DNA of 32,000 nucleotides from Candidatus Electrothrix sp. GW3-4 (GTDB lineage: Bacteria; Desulfobacterota; Desulfobulbia; Desulfobulbales; Desulfobulbaceae). Positions 25,203 through 32,000 of this stretch are shown here, one piece after another (the stretch's first letter is position 1; each line of letters begins with the position of its first letter). The stretch is from the NCBI RefSeq assembly GCF_037902255.1, contig NZ_CP147990.1, forward strand, positions 1,290,001-1,322,000. Direction: 5' to 3'. The notes beneath the pieces were generated by a model. It searched no databases and was not told the DNA's origin. It was given only the letters and a program-made list of their open reading frames with translations. The position numbers and the translations under genes were made by a program.

Positions 25203-26009
25203 ATGAGCAAGGTACAGGTTATGGGGATCCTGAATGTGACTCCGGATTCCTTTTCCGATGGGGGGCAGTTTAGCGGCGAGCAGGCGCTTAGGGAGCAGGT
25301 CGAAAAGATGCTTGCGCACGGCGTGGATATTATCGATATTGGCGGAGAATCCACCCGCCCTTTTGCTGAGCCTGTGCCAGAGCAGGAGGAGCTGGAGCGG
25401 GTCATTCCGGCGATCAAGGCCGTGCGGGCCCTCTCTGCGGCAATTCCCATCTCCATTGATACCACCAAGGCCAGGGTGGTCGCTGTTGCCCTTGAACATG
25501 GAGCCACCATCATCAACGATATCTCGGCCCTGCGCCAGGACCCGGAGATGATCACTGTGGCCCGTGCCTGCGATGCCCCGATTATTATTATGCATATGCA
25601 GGGGCGACCCGAGGATATGCAGGTGGCGCCCCAATATGAGGATGTTGTTGCTGAGATCAAAGCCTTTTTTCAGGAACGGACAGGATGGCTGGAGGGCCAG
25701 GGCATTGCCCGGCAGCGCATCATTCTTGATCCTGGTATCGGCTTTGGTAAGACCCTTGCCCATAATCTGGCGATCCTGCGCAATGTAAGGGCGTTTAAAG
25801 AGCTCGGTTACCTGGTCCTGATCGGCCATTCCCGTAAATCCTTTATGGAGAAACTGCTCGGTACCCCGGTTGGTGAGCGGGATTGTCCCACCGCAATTAT
25901 TTCGGCCCTCTGTGCCCAGCAGGGTGCGGATATCCTGCGGGTCCATGATGTGGCCAAGACCGTTGCTGCGGTCCGACTTGCTGAAGAACTCGGGCAAGGC
26001 CCAGTATAA
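25203..26009 (+). CDS. folP: Dihydropteroate synthase
   Basis: GILNVTPDSFSDGG, DIGGESTRP, ISIDT, INDISA and DPGIGFGK motifs, with the classic ftsH-folP adjacency. Confidence 0.95.
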   Translation: MSKVQVMGILNVTPDSFSDGGQFSGEQALREQVEKMLAHGVDIIDIGGESTRPFAEPVPEQEELERVIPAIKAVRALSAAIPISIDTTKARVVAVALEHGATIINDISALRQDPEMITVARACDAPIIIMHMQGRPEDMQVAPQYEDVVAEIKAFFQERTGWLEGQGIARQRIILDPGIGFGKTLAHNLAILRNVRAFKELGYLVLIGHSRKSFMEKLLGTPVGERDCPTAIISALCAQQGADILRVHDVAKTVAAVRLAEELGQGPV

Positions 26010-26074
26010 GCAACCCATCGCAGTACTGAACGGATCAACCTCAACCCGGGTTGGACTATGAAAACCTTGTTCAG

Positions 26075-26107
26075 GCAGCGTAGACGCAGCGTAGGCGCAG
26101 CGGACAG
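26075..26107. repeat. 11-nt tandem repeat GCAGCGTAGAC, 3 degenerate copies
   Basis: GCAGCGTAGAC GCAGCGTAGGC GCAGCGGACAG, read directly. Confidence 0.8.
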
Positions 26108-26147
26108 GATAGCGGAATCGATTGGGTGGATCTTCTGGAGAAGATAT

Positions 26148-26175
26148 TGAAGTAATGTTACTGAAGTAATGCAAC
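26148..26175. repeat. 14-nt tandem repeat TGAAGTAATGnnAC, 2 copies
   Basis: TGAAGTAATGTTAC TGAAGTAATGCAAC, read directly. Confidence 0.8.
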
Positions 26176-26260
26176 GCTGGTGCGTTTGCTACCGATTTTT
26201 TTGGGGGAGAGCAACCTGGATGGGGTTGCCCGCAGTATATGGATATCCTAGGGAGGCTGT

Positions 26261-26941
26261 ATGATCATTTCCACCGAATTTCTTATCTACGTTGCTCTGT
26301 ATCGCCTTTCCGTGCTGACAGTGGGAGCGCTCTCTATCTATTTCGGCTTTCGCCTCTTTGCCCGATCAGATGAGGATAAGCTCGACTCTGGGGCAACAGT
26401 GCCAGACGTCAAGGCCTGGAAGATCAAGATGAGTCGCACGAACTTCTGGCCTGGGGCCTTTTTTACCCTGTTTGGTACCGGGCTTATAGGGGTAATGCTC
26501 TGGCAGGGGGCCCCGCAACTGACCCTGGAGGATCTGAAGGAGACGCAGACCGGAAGCGCTGCTCCAAGCGTAAAGGGGGAGAGCGAGTCCGTGTATCTCC
26601 TGGCGGAGGGACTTGAGCCCTGCATCCCTGAGCAGCTCCCTCCAGATGTGCAGGAACAGATGAACCGGGAATGGAGCAAGTTGAAGCGGCCCGGCCTGAC
26701 CTTAGCAGAGGCCTCGGTGCATCTGAACCATATTGCCCGGATCTGGCAGCAAACAGGGCATATCATTGAGGCCCTGGTCATGGCGCGGTTGGCCTGCCTG
26801 TATGGGACAAAGGAGGACAGGCGCGCCCATCTTGCCCTGTATGCGGAGTTACTGGAGGCCAATGGTGAGGTGCAGAAGGCCGTGGAGGCGCATAAGGAGT
26901 TGGTGGAGTTGGGGACGCATGATGGTGGGGGAGAAAAGTAG
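26261..26941 (+). CDS. Hypothetical membrane protein: 2 TM helices plus a helical, TPR-like C-terminal domain
   Basis: GGGAGG lies 6 nt upstream of the ATG. TM segments are LSVLTVGALSIYFGFRLF and GAFFTLFGTGLIGVMLW. The C-terminal helical segment is LNHIARIWQQTGHIIEALVMARLACLYG...ALYAELLEANGEVQKAVEAHKELVEL. No family recognised. Confidence 0.6.
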   Translation: MIISTEFLIYVALYRLSVLTVGALSIYFGFRLFARSDEDKLDSGATVPDVKAWKIKMSRTNFWPGAFFTLFGTGLIGVMLWQGAPQLTLEDLKETQTGSAAPSVKGESESVYLLAEGLEPCIPEQLPPDVQEQMNREWSKLKRPGLTLAEASVHLNHIARIWQQTGHIIEALVMARLACLYGTKEDRRAHLALYAELLEANGEVQKAVEAHKELVELGTHDGGGEK

Positions 26942-26971
26942 GCGATCCTTGATCCTTGCGGGAGGATCGCC
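26941..26971. terminator. Hairpin between convergent genes (GGCGATCC / GGATCGCC)
   Basis: 8-bp stem with a 15-nt loop, followed by CTGTTTATT, which is a weak T-tract. Confidence 0.4.
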
Positions 26972-26985
26972 CTGTTTATTGCGTT

Positions 26986-27019
26986 GCGTCCATTGCTTTG
27001 CGTCCATTGCTTTGCGTCC
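26986..27019. repeat. 14-nt tandem repeat GCGTCCATTGCTTT, about 2.4 copies
   Basis: Read directly. It lies between the stop codons of the two convergent genes. Confidence 0.85.
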
Positions 27020-27030
27020 GATACAGCTCT

Positions 27031-29892
27031 TTACGGTTGTAACAGCAGGAGACTGAATATAGCCGGGAGAAAGCCTGTGGAGATGCCGCTTGTCCCTGTT
27101 CCGGTCAGGGTGAAGGTATGCTCCGAGTCCTCGCTGGCATCATTAGCAATGGTGACCGTGGCCGTACGGGCGCCGGTTGCAGAGGGACTAAACTGGATGG
27201 TCACCGAGGAGGTGCGGTGCGCTCCTAAAGATGTGGAGGGTTGCTCCGTTACCGTGAAGTCATCCGCATTGGTCCCGCTGATACTGACCAGGTCGGGATC
27301 GCCCGTCAGGCTGAGGTCTGCCTCGCCAATATTCTTGATGGTAAAGACCTTGGCGCTGGAGCTGGCTGTCGCCACCTCACCGAAATCATAGCTGCCGCTG
27401 CTGTCAGCCAGTTCGTACAGGCCGCGCTTGACCTGGATTGCAGGCTCGTCTATATCGTCGTCTGCATCATGGATGTCATCCGGGCTATTGCCGGAAATCG
27501 TGCAAGAACCTGTGCAGGTCCAGGCCGTAGAGGTGTCTGTAGGTCTGGTGTCGTAACTCTGGTCTATGTCCACCCCGCCGCCGCTTATCCCGGCTGTATT
27601 GCCGCTTATGTTCAGGTCGGTTCCCGTGACGCTGGTATTATTATTGTAGACGGCAATGGCGCCGCCCTTCATGCCTGCTGTGTTACCAATGAACTGGTCG
27701 CCGGTAAAGGAGAGGATGGTGGAGCCAAGCTGGGATGCCTTGTCATCCACATACACAGCCCCGCCGTTGCCGTCGCTGGTATTATTGGTAAAGGAGTTGC
27801 CGGCAAAGGCGATGCCCTCCGTAACGTCCGGGTTTGTGCCGTAGTCCACAAACAGGGCCCCGCCCCGATCTGTGGCCGTATTGCCGCTGAATGTGGAACC
27901 GGAAACCGTCGGGGTGCCGCCCAGGCGGAAGAGCATGGCCCCACCCCGTGTTGCGCTATTATCCGTGAAGTTGCAGTTATCGAACGTGGGAGAGGAGTAG
28001 TTGTACCCGCACACGGCTCCTCCCTCCACAGCGTAGTTGTCCTGAAAGGTGCAGCTGATGACGCTGGGTGCATTCCCGTCATAGATGAGCATACCCCCGC
28101 CCCGCCCGTGGTAGAGTTCCCCGTCTGCAGAGCCGTCCTGGATGACAAAGCCGTCCAGGGTGGCCTCTGATGCGCCAAAGAGCACATGAAAGGAGTTGTC
28201 CGAGCTGTCTGCGGTTGTCCCGATGTCTCCACTCAGGGTGGTAATATATGTTGTAGAGTCTCGTTGGCTGACCAGGGTTTCAGTACCCTGAAAGCCGCCT
28301 AAAATGCTCACCCCCTGTTGCATCACAAAGGTTGCTGTCCGGTCCGTGCCGCTGGTGGGGTAATAGGTACCCTCAGCCACCCAGATCTCCTGGCCTGCCT
28401 TGACGTTGCTTAAGGCCGTGCTCACTTCTGTGTAGGCATCGCTCCAGCTGGTGCCGTTGTTTGCGCCGCTTGTTGCATCGGCATCCACATAGACGACTCC
28501 TATGCCGATGCCTGCCGGGCTGGTATCGTAGGAATAATCAGTATAGGTGCGGAAGCTCTCATTATCACTATCAAAGGTGCTGATCCAGGTGCTGAGTTCA
28601 GTGCTCAGGTCCCGGTCAGGATCCCAGCCCACGTCAGGATCGGTAGTCCCGTAGTCTTCATCCAGGTAGTCGGTTGCGGTCAGGCTGCCGTCGCTCTCTT
28701 CCACGGTTGAGGCATTATCCCAGAGAGCAGCTGAGTCGTGCCAGTTGTCGATGGAGGAAGGAGACGAGGCAGAGCTGTTGCCGAGCACCAGGGAGGAGTA
28801 GAGATGGGGTTCATTGCAGTGCATGGGTTGACCGTCCCCCTGCGGCGAGGTGTAGGTGCCCTGATACAGGGAAGCACCCACATCATCGGAATTGTTGCCC
28901 ACCATAGTGGTGTAGACCAGACGGGAGTCGGAGGAGCCGTCGCTGATCAGGGCTGTGCCCCGCTGGGCCGTGTTGTCGGCAAACAGGGTATTGATGAAAT
29001 AGGCATCGCAGCCCATATCGTTGTACACGGCCCCGCCTTTGCTTGAACAGTGGTTGTGCAGGAATTGCGTGTTCACAAAGACCGGAGAGGTATAGAAGTC
29101 GTTGTTTACTGCACCGCCGCGACCGGTCCCGATGTTCTCCCGGAAGACCACATCCTCAAAGGAGGGGGCATCTGCATTGTCAGTAATTGTTCTGGTGTTG
29201 AAGTCATAGCCGGACACGACCATATTGTAGACAGCCCCGCCTTTGGCAGCATAGTTATAGCGGAAGGTGGTGTTACGCACCACAGTATCGGCATGCACGT
29301 TATACAGGCCGCCCCCTGCTGTACATTGCATATCAGTCACTATGCGCAGGATCTCCTGGTCGCCGCTACCACCGGTCACGGTGACCAAGCAATCGGTTTC
29401 CGGGCAGGTCTCACCAGGAGCCAGCACAGCATAGCCGTACTCCACAATGAAGCCGTCCAGGACGGCACCCACTGCCCCGCGCAGGACGTGGTAGGAGTTA
29501 TCCGTGTCATCCTCGGGCACGCCAATAGCACCGCTGAGGACGGTTGCATTATTCTCCCAGTCCCGTTCCGAGACCGCGCTTTCCGCGCCTGCAAAGCCGC
29601 CGTACAGGGTCACGCCCTCGACCAGATCAAAGGCAGTGTAGCGCTGGGCCACCGTGGGGCTGGATGTGGCAATGGGGTAATAGGTGCCTTCTGCCACCCA
29701 GATCTCGTCCCCACTCACCGCATGGCTCAGGGCCTCCTGCAGGTCAGTGTAGGCCGTGGCCCAGGAGCTGCCGTCTTCTGTGCCGCTGTTGTCCTGATCC
29801 ACATACAGGGTTGCGCTGCGGGCGGCTTCCGGGGTAAGCCATCCCAGCAGAAAAGTCAGGAAGATAATGGTACCTCTGTCAGGGCGATACAT
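27031..29892 (-). CDS. Secreted 953-aa parallel beta-helix surface protein: two head-plus-beta-helix modules, an Ig-like (choice-of-anchor-D-like) domain and a short hydrophobic tail
   Basis: Signal peptide and AAGGAG 7 nt upstream of the ATG. The motif YVD..G..G(S/T)SW..AYT......AL......G.EIWVAEGTYYP occurs twice (aa 29-72 and 467-512). It has many GGA(V/I/L/M) PMP-type beta-helix turns. aa 822-933 match the FG.V......F.I.N.G...L pattern of ASH/choice-of-anchor-D domains. The plus-strand ORFs 27241-28170 and 29050-29991 are antisense artefacts. Confidence 0.85.
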   Translation of the reverse strand: MYRPDRGTIIFLTFLLGWLTPEAARSATLYVDQDNSGTEDGSSWATAYTDLQEALSHAVSGDEIWVAEGTYYPIATSSPTVAQRYTAFDLVEGVTLYGGFAGAESAVSERDWENNATVLSGAIGVPEDDTDNSYHVLRGAVGAVLDGFIVEYGYAVLAPGETCPETDCLVTVTGGSGDQEILRIVTDMQCTAGGGLYNVHADTVVRNTTFRYNYAAKGGAVYNMVVSGYDFNTRTITDNADAPSFEDVVFRENIGTGRGGAVNNDFYTSPVFVNTQFLHNHCSSKGGAVYNDMGCDAYFINTLFADNTAQRGTALISDGSSDSRLVYTTMVGNNSDDVGASLYQGTYTSPQGDGQPMHCNEPHLYSSLVLGNSSASSPSSIDNWHDSAALWDNASTVEESDGSLTATDYLDEDYGTTDPDVGWDPDRDLSTELSTWISTFDSDNESFRTYTDYSYDTSPAGIGIGVVYVDADATSGANNGTSWSDAYTEVSTALSNVKAGQEIWVAEGTYYPTSGTDRTATFVMQQGVSILGGFQGTETLVSQRDSTTYITTLSGDIGTTADSSDNSFHVLFGASEATLDGFVIQDGSADGELYHGRGGGMLIYDGNAPSVISCTFQDNYAVEGGAVCGYNYSSPTFDNCNFTDNSATRGGAMLFRLGGTPTVSGSTFSGNTATDRGGALFVDYGTNPDVTEGIAFAGNSFTNNTSDGNGGAVYVDDKASQLGSTILSFTGDQFIGNTAGMKGGAIAVYNNNTSVTGTDLNISGNTAGISGGGVDIDQSYDTRPTDTSTAWTCTGSCTISGNSPDDIHDADDDIDEPAIQVKRGLYELADSSGSYDFGEVATASSSAKVFTIKNIGEADLSLTGDPDLVSISGTNADDFTVTEQPSTSLGAHRTSSVTIQFSPSATGARTATVTIANDASEDSEHTFTLTGTGTSGISTGFLPAIFSLLLLQP

Positions 29893-30077
29893 GGGGGCTC
29901 CTTCTGTATGAGTCAGTGGGTGGTTGAACTTTGTGAGGCAGCTTACTCTGTTCTCCCCTGCGCGGTCTACCTGTTTGTAGGATCTCTTTGATTCTTACCC
30001 AGGAAGATGACAGGACAGGGGGAGGAAGATGAAAAGAGTGTCATGTGAGGAATGGTGGGGCCTTGGTATGCCCCCCG

Positions 30078-30180
30078 TCATATGACTCGTATGACCCTGG
30101 TCATATGACTCGTATGAGCCGGGGCATACCAACCCATATGAGCCTGGGCATATCAACCCGTATGAGCCTGGGCATACCGG
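30078..30180. repeat. Degenerate 24-nt tandem repeat, about 4.3 copies (CATA(C/T)CAACCC(A/G)TATGAGCCTGGG and variants)
   Basis: Units at 30078, 30101, 30125, 30149 and a partial one at 30173. The palindrome GTCATATGAC occurs twice in the first units. Confidence 0.85.
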
Positions 30181-30186
30181 AAGCCT

Positions 30187-30214
30187 GTAGGGGCACGGCA
30201 TGCCGTGCCCCTAC
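30187..30214. repeat. Perfect 28-nt palindrome GTAGGGGCACGGCATGCCGTGCCCCTAC (copy C)
   Basis: The two halves are exact reverse complements. Confidence 0.9.
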
Positions 30215-30392
30215 GCCACCCCGATACCCAGGGTGTTACCCTGGGCTTATTTGTTGAACCTCTTTGGGGTTCTTTGCTTATGGGGATATTGGAATCTGCT
30301 TGGCCTTGGACAGCACCTACAAACTGGAGAACCCTGAAAGGGTTCCGCTATACCAGGCCGGGGTAACACCCCGGACTATCTGCCGCCTGCCT

Positions 30393-30420
30393 GCACGGGC
30401 ACGGCGCGCCGTGACCCTAC
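30393..30420. repeat. Degenerate copy (B) of the GTAGGGGCACGGC palindrome
   Basis: GCACGGGCACGGCGCGCCGTGACCCTAC, in the same GCCTG-prefixed context as copies A and C. Confidence 0.7.
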
Positions 30421-30464
30421 GCCTTCCCATCAATCCCCTCCAGAATGGCGCGGATGATGATTGC
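30417..30464 (-). pseudogene. Stub: a copy of the last 15 codons plus stop of the adjacent TPR gene (AIIIRAILEGIDGKA* versus AAIVHAILEGIEGDA*)
   Basis: Codon-by-codon hand alignment of 30420-30464 with 30595-30639 gives 36 of 45 identical nt. The similarity stops upstream of that. Confidence 0.5.
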
Positions 30465-30566
30465 ATTGCACCGCCGGGTGCGATGCAGCGGTGTCCCGGC
30501 CCGGTGTTGAAACACCGGTCTATTACCGGGCTGTCCCTCCGGGACGCTGTTGCGAATCATCCGCCT

Positions 30567-30595
30567 GTAGGGGCAACGGCACGCTGTGCCCCTAC
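30567..30595. repeat. Copy A of the palindromic element, overlapping the TPR gene stop codon
   Basis: GTAGGGGCAACGGCACGCTGTGCCCCTAC. The terminal CTA (30592-30594) is the reverse complement of the gene's TAG stop. Confidence 0.8.
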
Positions 30596-32000
30596 GCATC
30601 CCCCTCAATCCCCTCCAGAATGGCGTGGACAATGGCGGCATCCGTGTAATCCAGCGGCTCGGACAGGGTGGCCTCATCGCGTTCACCGTTGAGGATGCGC
30701 TGGATAGCGGCGACCAGATTGGCCTTCGGCCCTTCGGCTATCTCGTTCAACCCTTGCTCCAGCTCCTTCCGCACGTCCGGGTCTTCTATAGCTTGCACCA
30801 CCGCTACAATCAACTCCTCATACTGGTACAGCCCCTGCCGCCAGCCGGGAAAGGCCAAATACGCCTGCCTGCCCTTGGCCTGGTACTCGGCTGCCTGGCT
30901 GCTCTCGCCCTGCTGGTCGGCGATGTGAGCCAGTGGCTTGTAGGTATTCCATATCTGCATTACTGCCGGGTCAAGGGTTTCGCTGATAGCCAGTCCTTCC
31001 TCAGCATAGCCACGGGCCTCGTCCAAACGGGCCGGGTCATTAGCCAGCAGGTCGGCAAGGTTGCTGAGGGTACGGGAGACATTGGGCCAGTCTTCCGCAC
31101 TTTGGAAGACTGTCAATGCTTTGCTATACCACTGTTCCGCCTCTGCCAAGCGGCCTGTGGCCTTGCAGAGTAAGGCGAGTTGGCCCCAGCTACCTCCAGC
31201 CGCATTGTTGCCAGCCAGCAAGCCTTGCTCTTCCTTCAGCCGAGCTGCCTGCCGATAGGCCTGCTCTGCTGCCTCCCAGTGCTTTGCCTGCTGATAGACA
31301 AGGCCGAGTTGGTGCCAGAACACCGCCTCGGAGGCAGGTTCGTTGATGCGCTGGAACAGGGTCAGGGCTTCCTTGTACCGCTCCTCTGCCTCAGCCAGCT
31401 CGTCCTGCTCCTTGGCCAAGGTGCCGAGCTGGCCGAGCACTACACCCGTCTGTCGCTTATCACCTTGCTCTTCAGCAATCTCCAAGCCTGCCTGATAGGC
31501 CTCTTTGGCCTTGCTGTACTCGCCTTGGGCAACCAGCACATCAGCCAGATCTGTCCAGGCAAGGCCGGTCTGCCGTCGCACCCCGTCGTCCTGCTCTAAC
31601 TGAGCCAGTTCCTCCAGCTCCTGCCGATAGCGTCGTTCCGCCTGCCCGGGCTGACCCTGTACCTCAAAGCAGCGGCCCAGTCTGCCCAGAGTCAGGCAGC
31701 GGTTATAGCTGGGCGTCTCCTCCAGTCCGGCCAGGATGTCCGCAAAGACCTGTGCTGCCGCTCCGGGCTGACCGTTCTGGCGAAGCTGCTCGCCAAGGTT
31801 ACTTTGGGCAAGATACCATGCCTGCGAACCCACGGCACTGCCTGCCCTGCCTGCTGCCTCAGTCAGTTCCTCAGCGTCCCGCCGCAGCCCGAAGAAGTAG
31901 AGAAACTTGTTGACCCTTTCGGCAAAGTCAACGCCCTCTTCAGTTTTGTCTGTTTGCAAGGCACTATGGACAGCCCGGAGCAGGTTCGGCAGCTCGTAGC
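30592..32000 (-). CDS. Tetratricopeptide-repeat protein, 5' end outside the window (possibly the sensor arm of a larger STAND/CHAT-type protein)
   Basis: The reading frame stays open past the listed TTG at 31959 to the window edge (..YELPNLLRAVHSALQTDK..). It has at least 7 TPR-like units (AEERYKEALTLFQRINEP.., WEAAEQAYRQAARLKEEQG.., LAEAEQWYSKALTVFQ..). The gene is GC-rich. Confidence 0.85.
   Translation of the reverse strand, partial: YELPNLLRAVHSALQTDKTEEGVDFAERVNKFLYFFGLRRDAEELTEAAGRAGSAVGSQAWYLAQSNLGEQLRQNGQPGAAAQVFADILAGLEETPSYNRCLTLGRLGRCFEVQGQPGQAERRYRQELEELAQLEQDDGVRRQTGLAWTDLADVLVAQGEYSKAKEAYQAGLEIAEEQGDKRQTGVVLGQLGTLAKEQDELAEAEERYKEALTLFQRINEPASEAVFWHQLGLVYQQAKHWEAAEQAYRQAARLKEEQGLLAGNNAAGGSWGQLALLCKATGRLAEAEQWYSKALTVFQSAEDWPNVSRTLSNLADLLANDPARLDEARGYAEEGLAISETLDPAVMQIWNTYKPLAHIADQQGESSQAAEYQAKGRQAYLAFPGWRQGLYQYEELIVAVVQAIEDPDVRKELEQGLNEIAEGPKANLVAAIQRILNGERDEATLSEPLDYTDAAIVHAILEGIEGDA

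Noticed and set aside
25176-26174. 332-aa minus-strand ORF, plus the nested ORF 25187-25660
   Set aside because: It is antisense to folP and has no recognisable domain or ribosome-binding site, so it is a shadow ORF.
27241-29991. Plus-strand ORFs 27241-28170 (309 aa) and 29050-29991 (313 aa), plus several shorter ones
   Set aside because: They are antisense to the 953-aa beta-helix gene. Their Gly/Ala/Val/Arg-rich translations are typical of the reverse frame of a GC-rich gene.
29995-30692. ORFs 29995-30201 (-), 30045-30257 (+), 30264-30692 (+) and 30417-30686 (-)
   Set aside because: They run through tandem and palindromic repeats and overlap each other on both strands. Their translations are repeat echoes (CPGSYGL..., MSLGI...). 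Only the last 15 codons of 30417-30686 are meaningful, as a gene stub.
1-32000. tRNA, rRNA, transposase, integrase or phage genes
   Set aside because: I scanned for T-loop-like GTTCGAATC/GGTTCAA motifs and for recombinase-like ORFs and found none. A covariance-model scan would be needed to exclude small structured RNAs.

Overview
This 32-kb window reads as a bacterial chromosomal segment. The proteins resemble those of Desulfobulbales-type Thermodesulfobacteriota, but that taxon is an impression only; no search was run.

Core (about 3.6-26 kb), ordinary housekeeping genes:
- an Aquifex-type aconitase
- a cytoplasmic molybdopterin oxidoreductase whose end overlaps a polyprenyl-phosphate sugar transferase
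- an mlaE-mlaF-mlaD-mlaA-mlaC lipid-trafficking cluster extended by a small membrane protein and a LolA-like protein
- a long minus-strand string: TRAP dctQ-dctM, an MltF-like transglycosylase, an MFS transporter, an SH3 protein, hslV and hslU
- ftsH-folP

The two flanks look accessory and hold the unusual material.

Left flank (1-3.4 kb):
- the 3' part of a STAND/NACHT-like protein that carries a polytopic membrane region
- a PIN-like toxin cassette bracketed by 36-bp direct repeats, with two unlisted small ORFs chained to it by ATGA overlaps
- a helically phased array of a 17-nt motif
- a Kv-type K+ channel with a C-terminal zinc ribbon

Right flank (26.2-32 kb):
- a 2-TM helical protein
- a 953-aa internally duplicated beta-helix surface protein with an atypical C-terminal tail
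- a 700-bp repeat-dense spacer with a 24-nt tandem array and three GTAGGGGCACGGC...GCCGTGCCCCTAC palindromes
- a 45-nt stub copy of a gene's 3' end
- a GC-rich TPR protein that runs off the window edge

I found no tRNA, rRNA, CRISPR array, transposase or integrase. I cannot name a complete novel system with confidence. The best candidates are the STAND-membrane protein with the repeat-bracketed PIN cassette, and the beta-helix / palindrome / TPR region. All family assignments come from motif recognition by eye.
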